IMG/VR virus record: IMGVR_UViG_3300042484_002041
Span: 64,001-128,000 of that record
DNA length: 64,000 nucleotides
Reading direction: 5' to 3' (one strand)
Source: a virus
The notes under the pieces are model-generated. The model was not told the DNA's origin and did not search any database. It saw only the letters and a list, made by a program, of their open reading frames with translations. How positions within the stretch are numbered: position 1 is the stretch's first letter; every line of letters begins with the position of its first letter. This document shows positions 8,612 through 16,497 of this stretch, piece by piece. The translations under genes and the position numbers were made by a program.

Positions 8612-9607
8612 GTGAAGAAATTATTTGCAGTTTTGCTAGCAGCAGTGTCGATCGGATCAACCGCACAAGAAATTACAGGGGCAGGTGCAACATTCCCCGC
8701 ACCCATCTATGCCAAATGGGCAGCAGATTATAACAAAGCAACTGGTGCTAAGATAAACTACCAAAGTGTAGGATCTGGGGCAGGCATCAAACAAATTGAA
8801 GCCAAGACCGTAACATTTGGCGCAAGTGATATGCCGCTTACTGACGAAAAGTTAAAAGAAGCAGGCCTGTTTCAATTTCCCACAGTGATCGGCGGTGTTG
8901 TTCCGGTGGTCAACATCAAGGGCATTAAGCCGGGTGAACTAAAGTTAACTGGCCCACTGTTGGGCGACATCTACCTGGGCAAAGTTACCAAGTGGGATGA
9001 CCCTGCAATCAAACAACTGAACCCCACAGTGGCACTACCCAGTGATGCTATCATGGTGGTGCGGCGTGCTGACGGTAGTGGTACTACATTTATCTGGACC
9101 AACTACCTGAGCAAAGTGAGCCCCGAGTTCAAAGACAAAGTAGGAGAAGGCACCGCTGTTAATTGGCCCGTTGGCGCCGGCGGCAAAGGCAATGAGGGAG
9201 TTTCTGCATTTGTTTCTAGACTGCCCAACAGCATTGGCTATGTTGAATACGCATATGTCAAGCAGAACAAAATGACCTACGTTCAAGTACAAAACAGTGC
9301 AGGTACTTGGGTTACTCCCAGCGACACTGCATTCAAGGCCGCTGCTGCAGGTGCTACCTGGAGCAAGACATACTTTCAGGTGCTGACCAATCAAGCAGGC
9401 AAAGAATCTTGGCCCATCAGTGGTGCTACATTTATCCTGGTACACTTAAAACCACTCAAGCCAGAAGAGGTCAAGACAGCCCTGAAGTTCTTTGACTGGG
9501 CTTATACATCAGGTGATAAAGCAGCAGATGACCTAGACTATGTTGCACTGCCAGATTCTGTGAAGAATCAGGTTCGTGCTGATTGGAAGCGGTTAGGATT
9601 GAATTAA
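8612..9607 (+). CDS. pstS: Phosphate ABC transporter substrate-binding protein PstS
   Basis: Signal peptide; [33 protein letters not shown] motifs. Confidence 0.95.
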   Translation: MKKLFAVLLAAVSIGSTAQEITGAGATFPAPIYAKWAADYNKATGAKINYQSVGSGAGIKQIEAKTVTFGASDMPLTDEKLKEAGLFQFPTVIGGVVPVVNIKGIKPGELKLTGPLLGDIYLGKVTKWDDPAIKQLNPTVALPSDAIMVVRRADGSGTTFIWTNYLSKVSPEFKDKVGEGTAVNWPVGAGGKGNEGVSAFVSRLPNSIGYVEYAYVKQNKMTYVQVQNSAGTWVTPSDTAFKAAAAGATWSKTYFQVLTNQAGKESWPISGATFILVHLKPLKPEEVKTALKFFDWAYTSGDKAADDLDYVALPDSVKNQVRADWKRLGLN

Positions 9608-9620
9608 AACAAACAAACCG

Positions 9621-9702
9621 GGCACACGATTGACTGCCGATGGAACTCGTAACCATCACTTTTCTACAACTAAATATTCCTTTAAAATAAGGAGTTCCCA
9701 TG
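9621..9702 (+). promoter_or_regulatory. Candidate structured cis-regulatory RNA upstream of yhhQ
   Basis: Two adjacent hairpins with complementary loops (ACGA/UCGU); GGAACTC 9642-9648 is complementary to GAGTTCC 9692-9698 overlapping the RBS. Confidence 0.4.
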
Positions 9703-10314
9703 TTAAATCGATTGTTTCCCGGGCTTGATCGCTCATTGGCACTGAGGTTAGTGGCCTTCCACACATTCATTATTGCTCTGAGCAATTGGCTTGTGACTTA
9801 TAAATTTACTATCTTTGACCACACCTTGGCTTATGCTGCGTTTACTTTCCCACTGGTGGTTATTGCCACCGACCTTACTGTTCGCCTGATCGGTAAGGAA
9901 ATGGGACAGGCTGTGGTAAGACTCAGCTTTATCCCTGCCATTATTGTCAGCATCTCGGTAGTGGCAGCAGGTGGTGCACCAGAAAGTGTTGCCATCCGAA
10001 TCGGTCTGGGTAGTGGTATGGCCTACCTGGTTGCTACTATGCTAGACGTGTATGTGTTCCAGTACCTGCGCGAGCGATATGAGGCATGGTATGTGGCTCC
10101 TGCACTTAGCAGCGTGGTAACCACCATCATTGACACGTATACATTCTTTGGCACAGCGTTTGCTGGTGGTGCAGACAAGTTCATGGCAGACAACTGGCAT
10201 ATTGTGGCCACAAATCACATTGTGACTAAGATTGTGGTCAGCCTGCTGGTGATCCTGCCAGCGTATGGCATTTTACTAAACTTTTTACAAAAGCGGATAG
10301 CCGCTAAACTCTAA
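9700..10314 (+). CDS. yhhQ: Queuosine precursor (preQ0/preQ1) transporter YhhQ (VUT family)
   Basis: FHTFIIALSN, FTFPLVVIATDLTVR, LDVYVF, IDTYTFF, FMADNW resemble YhhQ; multiple TM helices. Confidence 0.85.
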   Translation: MLNRLFPGLDRSLALRLVAFHTFIIALSNWLVTYKFTIFDHTLAYAAFTFPLVVIATDLTVRLIGKEMGQAVVRLSFIPAIIVSISVVAAGGAPESVAIRIGLGSGMAYLVATMLDVYVFQYLRERYEAWYVAPALSSVVTTIIDTYTFFGTAFAGGADKFMADNWHIVATNHIVTKIVVSLLVILPAYGILLNFLQKRIAAKL

Positions 10315-10318
10315 TTAT

Positions 10319-10626
10319 GTCACACTTTATGTTCCGGTTCTGGAATGATCCACAACGTACTGGTCGGTCAAGCCTGCACAACCAAATCCGTTGGCGGCAC
10401 TCTGCACAGGTACCGGGATATCAAGGTGACTCAACTGATCGTGGGCAACCGTGCCGTTTTAGTCGTTGGTATCGGTTGCCCAAACGAGCTCATCAATTGT
10501 ATTGGCGCACACATCAAAATGGCTGACATTCCGTGGTATATGTGGTTGATAGGGGTTGCTAATGTCAGCACTTGGGTGTATACTCTAGTAGTAGCGTGTA
10601 AAGATAGTAGTTATCGGGACAACGCT
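10319..10626 (+). ncRNA. Candidate structured ncRNA (unknown class)
   Basis: Four successive stem-loop domains; only short, unconvincing ORFs. Confidence 0.5.
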
Positions 10627-10640
10627 GAATAAATAAAAAG

Positions 10641-10968
10641 ATTGTTGTAATTCCTCTGGATAGAAGGCATGTTGGACGGCGGATCATTCCCGCCCGGGTC
10701 CACCATAAAACATATTCCCATCGTGGAATCTGTGAAACCTAGATAGTATATAAGGCGGTTCCTGCAAGCCTTGAACTGAAAATGCTAGGTAAGGAGTATG
10801 TTTTATAATGGGCCCGAAGTGGTTTCGACAGCGTGAGATATTGAAGGCGGCAACACGGTAGGCGATGACCGTTAATCAAGCAAAACTCATAAATGCAAAT
10901 GATAGCGTTTATTCTTTAGCAGCCTAAACACTGCTTGGGGCGGCTGTGCCTCGCAACAGAAAATAGCA
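10641..10968 (+). ncRNA. ssrA: Circularly permuted two-piece tmRNA
   Basis: Acceptor piece ends CGGGTCC-ACCA (10695-10705) after T-arm GGCGG/CCGCC; coding piece starts GGGCCCG (10810) giving G3:U70; GTTTCGAC D-loop motif; resume context ATAAAT-GCA; tag ANDSVYSLAA* at 10895-10927; outer ends approximate. Confidence 0.92.
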
Positions 10969-10969
10969 G

Positions 10970-10995
10970 AGAGGCTCTTCGGGGCCTCTTTTTTT
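10970..10995 (+). terminator. Rho-independent terminator after tmRNA
   Basis: AGAGGCTC-TTCG-GGGCCTCT followed by a T run. Confidence 0.9.
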
Positions 10996-11011
10996 AACTC
11001 TTAGGAAACTT

Positions 11012-12163
11012 ATGCAATTGTTCCAGCAGCCGTCTGATCGGTATGGCTATTACACTGTGGGCAACGAGAAAATTTACAGCAAATTTGAAGCTGTCAAGCG
11101 ACACCAAAGTACCGGGCAATTCCCGCATTGGTACTTTCATGATGATGTGTTTGCCAGTTACGATTGGACACATGAACCCGAAGCGTCTCTCACTGACTTA
11201 TATCTTGCAAGGGCTCAACAACTACGAGAAAAATACGACTACGTTGTTATCTGCTTTAGTGGTGGTGCGGATAGTACCAACATGCTGCATGCGTTCTTAG
11301 ATAACGGTATACATGTAGATGAAGTTGTCACATGGCACACGTTCGAAGGCAATCATAACAGTAGCACTCACACTGATCAAGAAATAGCACAAGTAACGTT
11401 ACCGTACATGCAAAAGTTACAAGACGCCCATCCAGAAATCAAGTTTAGGGTCATTGATATGACTCGCCCTATATACGATTTCTTTCAAGATACAGACAAC
11501 ATTGATGACACAATAAATCAGTTGGCCCTGCCTAGTCCCAACAGCATGGCATGGACTAGGCCGTTTATGCTAGATAGATTCTATCTAGATTATATCCACA
11601 GCGGTAAAAAAATTGGGTTTGTCTTAGGCATGGAAAAACCACGGGTATGGCAAGTGGATGGCCGCTGGTGTGTTAGATTCTTAGATGTCAGCAATATTTT
11701 TTACATCGGGTCTAGTGCACCAACTGAAATGTTTTATTGGAGCCCAGAGCTGCCTCCCATGCTGATCAAGCAAGCGCATATAATCAAGCGGTATCTTGAA
11801 CATGCTACTGCTCAAACACCCTGGGTGCAGCACGAGTCTTCGGGACTGGCCTGTGTTGATCGTAATGGTCAAACATTATGGCTGCATCGTGACGGAGTTT
11901 CGTCTTTGATTTATCCAACGTGGGACCTTAGCACATTCCAAGTTGAAAAAACGCGAAGTCCGGTATTCATACCCAATACCACTTGGTTGTATGATAACGA
12001 AATAGATACTACTGCCAAACACTACCGCAATGGTATTCTACATTTTCGAGACTCGATTCCTGAGTATTGGAGAAATGATACCGATGATATCTTTCGTGGT
12101 ATTCGTGGTACTTGGAGTCGCCCTTACTACCTTGACAAACAAGTAGTCGATGCTCGGGCATGA
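11012..12163 (+). CDS. PP-loop (adenine nucleotide alpha hydrolase-like) protein
   Basis: CFSGGADS PP-loop motif. Confidence 0.7.
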   Translation: MQLFQQPSDRYGYYTVGNEKIYSKFEAVKRHQSTGQFPHWYFHDDVFASYDWTHEPEASLTDLYLARAQQLREKYDYVVICFSGGADSTNMLHAFLDNGIHVDEVVTWHTFEGNHNSSTHTDQEIAQVTLPYMQKLQDAHPEIKFRVIDMTRPIYDFFQDTDNIDDTINQLALPSPNSMAWTRPFMLDRFYLDYIHSGKKIGFVLGMEKPRVWQVDGRWCVRFLDVSNIFYIGSSAPTEMFYWSPELPPMLIKQAHIIKRYLEHATAQTPWVQHESSGLACVDRNGQTLWLHRDGVSSLIYPTWDLSTFQVEKTRSPVFIPNTTWLYDNEIDTTAKHYRNGILHFRDSIPEYWRNDTDDIFRGIRGTWSRPYYLDKQVVDARA

Positions 12164-12185
12164 CCCCGGTAAATATCTTTATCAT

Positions 12186-14354
12186 ATGTACGATATTGTT
12201 TTAATTTCAGTCCCATATACTATTGTAGAAAGTCCTCCACTAGGAATCGCTGTACTCAAAGGTGCTGTGGAATCATATGGATTCAAATGTTTGACCCTGG
12301 ACTTGGGTTTAGAATTATTAAAGGATTGCAATCACGATCGGTCGATATTTGATTCGTTGCAAGAATATTTTTCTACCCCAGACATGTCAATTGACCCCGA
12401 CGCTGAGTTTTTAACATCTGAGTTTATCGAAAAGTGGGCCGTGAAGTTGTCTGCACTAGACACTACTTGGATAGGCATCAGTGTGTTTTCGTACTATTCG
12501 CATCTGGCCACTTATATGTTATGCGAGAAAATTAAACAACTAAATCCCAAGATTAAAATTGTTATCGGTGGGCCTGCAGTCGGAGTGCAGATGGTCAAGT
12601 CCATGCATGCCAAATATCATATATCTTCTACTGAAAAACTATTAAAATTTGGCGATATCTTACTCCGACGAAAACTAATAGATGAAAACATACTAGGTGA
12701 TGGCGAGCAAGCCCTAGTTGATTTGCTTAATGGTTGTGTCGAGCCCGATGTGTTTCATATGGAAAAATACCAACACCAGGATCATCCATACGCCAACTTC
12801 GACGACTTTGAGTTAGGTCTCTACACCGGGCAACTCAACAGAGGACACACTCAACTACCTATATTCAGCAGCAAAGGATGTGTTCGTAGTTGTGACTTTT
12901 GTGATGTCACTGTGGTACAAAACAAATTTAGATTCCGCAGTGGTTTGAATATTGTCAAGGAGATGATTTATCTTGCAGAACGGCACGGCATTAGAGATTT
13001 TATATTTTTAGACAGCCTAGTTAACGGAAGTATGAAGAGTCTCCGTGAGTGGGTAACAGAATTAGCCAGATTCAACAGGGAAAATCCTGACAAAAAAATT
13101 ACATGGTCAGCTTCGGGATGGATATGTAGACCAATTGGGCAAATGCCACTGGACTTGTACCCACTGCTGGCCGAGTCAGGGTTGGCCAGTGCCACCATTG
13201 GTGTAGAGTCAGGCAGCAACAATGTTCTCCTGGCCATGAATAAAAAGACCACTGTTGAAGCATTGTACTTTGAAGCAGAGCAGTTTCAAAAAAATAACAT
13301 ACACTTTATCACCTTGCTCATGGTCGGGCACTGGAGCGAGACTTGGGAGGACTTCTTAAAAACTATATCAATGGTGTATAAAATTTCCAGTTATGCCCGT
13401 ACCGGACATCTAGTTGCTGTCAGCCCCGGTGGTACGTTTGAATTAGGGCCCGATACTCCTGCAGACTTGAACTATGAAAAAAATCAGTTGCAACGTAGCG
13501 CCGCCGGAAATTGGTGGACTGAGCTGAATCCCAACTTGACTGCCAAGGAGAGATTTTATAGATTGTTGTTGTTAGAAAAGTTTTTACATAGACTCAGAAT
13601 CCCATTGATGGAGCAAACTGCAGGGATAGCGCACACTAAATTGGCTAATAATTTTAGTGATTATCAAACGTTTTATCCTTTGAAGGTACACGGCAAAGAA
13701 CTTGCACAGTGTGCAGAGTATTACTACGAGAACTTTGACGAGTTTTTAAATCTAGTGCTATCAAAAGAAACAGCTAGTGTATTAAAATTAGAGTTTGAGC
13801 TAGAGTCTAGTGTCACACATGATAATCCTCCGGTTATAGAAATTAAGTTTAACCAACAAACAATTTACAAATCGGGGTTGTCCGAAGGAACCCATCAGAT
13901 ATCATTGTCTGCTACAGTAACAGATGCTCGTCGGCCCTGGGCAGATGTATGGAATAAATTAGAAATGCTGTTTTCAAATAAAAGCAGCAATGATACTATT
14001 GTCGATAACAACGGGCACATTGTTAAAGATAAGTTTGTACTGCTCAAAAAGTTCTCAATCAACGGCATTGACTTGTTTGCCGATCATGACTTTTTTTACA
14101 AAAAGTTAAAGTACCATACTAACGGTGTTGCTACCGATGTCCATCCAGGATTTTGGCACAACAACTCTGCTGTGAGTCTAGAATTTGATAATCCATTCTT
14201 ATTGTGGTACCATGCCAACACCAATCACTTTGCACAGTTTGATGGATTTATTGTCACAGAGTCAACCATGGCCAAAACCAAATCGTTAACCAAAGATGAC
14301 TATACTCGGTTCCGTGCTGAAGCTGTGAAACTGTTAAAGCAGCTCGAGCACTGA
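12186..14354 (+). CDS. Cobalamin-binding radical SAM protein with C-terminal extension
   Basis: PPLGIAVL/IGISVF/IVIGGP B12 domain, CVRSCDFC, IGVESGS; start placed at MYDIVLIS after TAAATA. Confidence 0.85.
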   Translation: MYDIVLISVPYTIVESPPLGIAVLKGAVESYGFKCLTLDLGLELLKDCNHDRSIFDSLQEYFSTPDMSIDPDAEFLTSEFIEKWAVKLSALDTTWIGISVFSYYSHLATYMLCEKIKQLNPKIKIVIGGPAVGVQMVKSMHAKYHISSTEKLLKFGDILLRRKLIDENILGDGEQALVDLLNGCVEPDVFHMEKYQHQDHPYANFDDFELGLYTGQLNRGHTQLPIFSSKGCVRSCDFCDVTVVQNKFRFRSGLNIVKEMIYLAERHGIRDFIFLDSLVNGSMKSLREWVTELARFNRENPDKKITWSASGWICRPIGQMPLDLYPLLAESGLASATIGVESGSNNVLLAMNKKTTVEALYFEAEQFQKNNIHFITLLMVGHWSETWEDFLKTISMVYKISSYARTGHLVAVSPGGTFELGPDTPADLNYEKNQLQRSAAGNWWTELNPNLTAKERFYRLLLLEKFLHRLRIPLMEQTAGIAHTKLANNFSDYQTFYPLKVHGKELAQCAEYYYENFDEFLNLVLSKETASVLKLEFELESSVTHDNPPVIEIKFNQQTIYKSGLSEGTHQISLSATVTDARRPWADVWNKLEMLFSNKSSNDTIVDNNGHIVKDKFVLLKKFSINGIDLFADHDFFYKKLKYHTNGVATDVHPGFWHNNSAVSLEFDNPFLLWYHANTNHFAQFDGFIVTESTMAKTKSLTKDDYTRFRAEAVKLLKQLEH

Positions 14355-14363
14355 TCCTGCTGG

Positions 14364-14392
14364 TTGACCAGAAATGGCTCCTGTGCTATAAT
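14364..14392 (+). promoter_or_regulatory. sigma70-type early promoter
   Basis: TTGACC-17-TATAAT with extended TG. Confidence 0.8.
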
Positions 14393-14422
14393 GGTTGTAT
14401 GGTTAGCAACAAGGAGTTGGGA

Positions 14423-14602
14423 ATGACTGAGTTTACGTTTGTTGTGGGCAACGACAAGTTCAAGTTCGCTGCGGAAACTGCGTTCAAGGCCATGGAACTG
14501 TGCAACCGGCAGGTGATCGACAAGAAGGATCTGCATCCCATGGCCTGGGCCGAAGCTGGAAAAAACACGTTCCAATGCTGCCCTGGCAATTACTTCGATT
14601 AA
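14423..14602 (+). CDS. Small hypothetical protein
   Basis: AAGGAG RBS after the promoter. Confidence 0.6.
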   Translation: MTEFTFVVGNDKFKFAAETAFKAMELCNRQVIDKKDLHPMAWAEAGKNTFQCCPGNYFD

Positions 14603-14607
14603 TCGAT

Positions 14608-14636
14608 TTGCCCAATAATTCATCTTGTGCTATAAT
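14608..14636 (+). promoter_or_regulatory. sigma70-type early promoter
   Basis: TTGCCC-17-TATAAT with extended TG; close copy at 18085. Confidence 0.75.
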
Positions 14637-14661
14637 GTAGGCATACAGTAAGGAGTTGGTT

Positions 14662-14889
14662 ATGAGTGATCAAGATAGCAGCAAGTATGATCAACGCCAT
14701 GGTGGGCCTTGGGATCGCGGTAGTGCCGATTCCTACTACGGACGAGGTTACGGGCCCCACTATTACGTGGGCGACACAGGCTCTAGCCAAGAAGTTGAGC
14801 TGGAGGGCATGACTGCTGAAGAGATCACAGCCTACACCGCAGGCTACAATGACAACGAACAGTTTGGCAACAAGAAGGAGTGGAACTAA
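14662..14889 (+). CDS. Hypothetical phage protein (RHGGPWDRGSADSYY)
   Basis: AAGGAG RBS after the promoter. Confidence 0.7.
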   Translation: MSDQDSSKYDQRHGGPWDRGSADSYYGRGYGPHYYVGDTGSSQEVELEGMTAEEITAYTAGYNDNEQFGNKKEWN

Positions 14890-15071
14890 TGAAAGATCGA
14901 TTCTCGGTGACTTGGATATTTCGTAACGACCACGAGTGGCACAAACGATTTCGAACCGCAGATGATCGCGACGTGTTTGTCATTACCACGGGCATCCTGA
15001 CTCATCCGGACATTACGCGGATTGCATTTCATGACGGCGATGTTAAGAAACACATCAAGCAAGCTGGTTGA
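14889..15071 (+). CDS. Hypothetical protein
   Basis: TAATG coupling. Confidence 0.55.
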   Translation: MKDRFSVTWIFRNDHEWHKRFRTADDRDVFVITTGILTHPDITRIAFHDGDVKKHIKQAG

Positions 15072-15096
15072 CACGAAATTCAACATAGCATATAAT
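15068..15096 (+). promoter_or_regulatory. sigma70-type early promoter
   Basis: TTGACA-17-TATAAT. Confidence 0.85.
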
Positions 15097-15137
15097 AGAG
15101 TCATAGTTTAATTTTAACCCTGAGAAGGAACTACATT

Positions 15138-16229
15138 ATGTCCGTTGAACATCGTACCGTTACCAGTGTCACTGCCCGCCGTGCTATTCACAAACTGATT
15201 GCCAAACAGCGCCCGGGCTTCCTGTGGGGCCCTCCGGGGATTGGCAAGAGCGAGGTTGTTGCTAGCATTGCCAAAGAGCTTGGTGGTCTCATGATCGACC
15301 TGCGCTTGGGCCAGATGGATCCCACAGACATCCGTGGTATCCCGTTCTATAACAAAGAAATCAACAAGATGGATTGGGCTGCGCCGGTTGACTTGCCCGA
15401 TGAGGAAATGGCTAGCCAGTATCCCATCATTATCTTGTTCCTGGACGAACTGAATGCTGCTCCTCCTGCAACCCAGGCGGCAGCGTATCAGTTGATCTTG
15501 AATCGTGCTTGCGGCAAGTATAAGTTGCCGGCCAATGTGGCAATGATCGCAGCCGGCAATCGTGAAAGCGACAAGGGCGTGACATACCGCATGCCTAGCC
15601 CGCTAGCAAATCGTTTCGTGCACCTGGAAATGCGAGCTGACTTTTCTGCTTGGTTAGAGTGGGCAGTTGAGAACCAAATCCACAAGGACGTGGTTGGCTA
15701 CTTGAGCTTTGCCAAGCAAGACCTGTACGACTACGACAGCAAGAGCTCAAGCCGTGCGTTCGCTACACCGCGTTCCTGGACCTTTGTGAGCGAGCTGCTG
15801 GAGGACGAGGATACCAGCAATGCCGACATCACTGACTTGATTGCAGGTACTGTGGGCGAGGGGCTTGCTGTCAAGTTCATGGCTCACCGCAAGATTGCAG
15901 GGCGCTTGCCCAAGCCGGAAGATGTGTTGTCGGGCAAGGAAAAAGAGCTGGCAATCAAAGAAGTCAGTGCCATGTACAGTCTGGTTATCAGCTTGTGCTA
16001 TGAGCTCAAGGATGCGCTGGAAGTCACAAAGGTGTCAGACAAGGAATTCCACAGCATGGCGGATAACTTCTTTGCTTACATGATGAAGAACTTTGAGACT
16101 GAGCTTGTGGTTATGGGTGCAAGGATTGCGTTGACTACGTACAACCTGCCGTTCCAGCCTACCAAGTTGAAGAACTTCGACGAGTTCCATCAGCGTTATG
16201 GCAAGTACATTCTCCAGGCCAATGCCTGA
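15138..16229 (+). CDS. MoxR-like AAA+ ATPase
   Basis: Walker A GPPGIGKS, Walker B LFLDE, AAGN sensor, LANRF arginine finger, TPRSW. Confidence 0.9.
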   Translation: MSVEHRTVTSVTARRAIHKLIAKQRPGFLWGPPGIGKSEVVASIAKELGGLMIDLRLGQMDPTDIRGIPFYNKEINKMDWAAPVDLPDEEMASQYPIIILFLDELNAAPPATQAAAYQLILNRACGKYKLPANVAMIAAGNRESDKGVTYRMPSPLANRFVHLEMRADFSAWLEWAVENQIHKDVVGYLSFAKQDLYDYDSKSSSRAFATPRSWTFVSELLEDEDTSNADITDLIAGTVGEGLAVKFMAHRKIAGRLPKPEDVLSGKEKELAIKEVSAMYSLVISLCYELKDALEVTKVSDKEFHSMADNFFAYMMKNFETELVVMGARIALTTYNLPFQPTKLKNFDEFHQRYGKYILQANA

Positions 16230-16236
16230 TGCGGAC

Positions 16237-16262
16237 GGGGGGTCAACTACACCCCCCATTTT
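16237..16262 (+). terminator. Probable terminator hairpin
   Basis: GGGGGGT-caactac-ACCCCCC then ATTTT. Confidence 0.55.
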
Positions 16263-16278
16263 AACCAGTGTAAGGGTT

Positions 16279-16497
16279 ATGTTCGACCCTTACACTTATC
16301 AGTCTGTACAGACGTTGTTGCGACATGTGCAGGCTGACTTTGGTCCCAACAGCAGCAGTCTAAGTAGAGGCACTGGTGGTACGGCACGATGGAATTGGAC
16401 CGCAGGAGACGACGGAGAACAAAACAGGTTTGCTATGATTTTCTATTTTACAGACCCACAAGATGCTATCATGTTCTCGCTCAAGTATTCAAGATAA
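16279..16497 (+). CDS. Hypothetical protein (C-terminal F-x-L-K-Y family)
   Basis: MFDPYTY...FTDPQDAIMFSLKYSR. Confidence 0.6.
   Translation: MFDPYTYQSVQTLLRHVQADFGPNSSSLSRGTGGTARWNWTAGDDGEQNRFAMIFYFTDPQDAIMFSLKYSR

Noticed and set aside
9621-9690. Canonical preQ1, fluoride or guanidine-II riboswitch
   Set aside because: Core consensus and spacing do not match as far as I can judge; kept only as an unclassified candidate
10317-10632. ORFs 10317-10526 and 10345-10632 as proteins
   Set aside because: No RBS or recognisable motifs and they overlap each other; base-pairing explains the region better, though coding is not excluded
10678-10705. Stand-alone tRNA-Ala
   Set aside because: No anticodon arm; the matching 5' strand lies downstream and is followed by a tag frame, so it is tmRNA
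11012-12163. queC call
   Set aside because: Only the PP-loop is shared; the QueC C-terminal Cys zinc motif is not seen and the protein is too long
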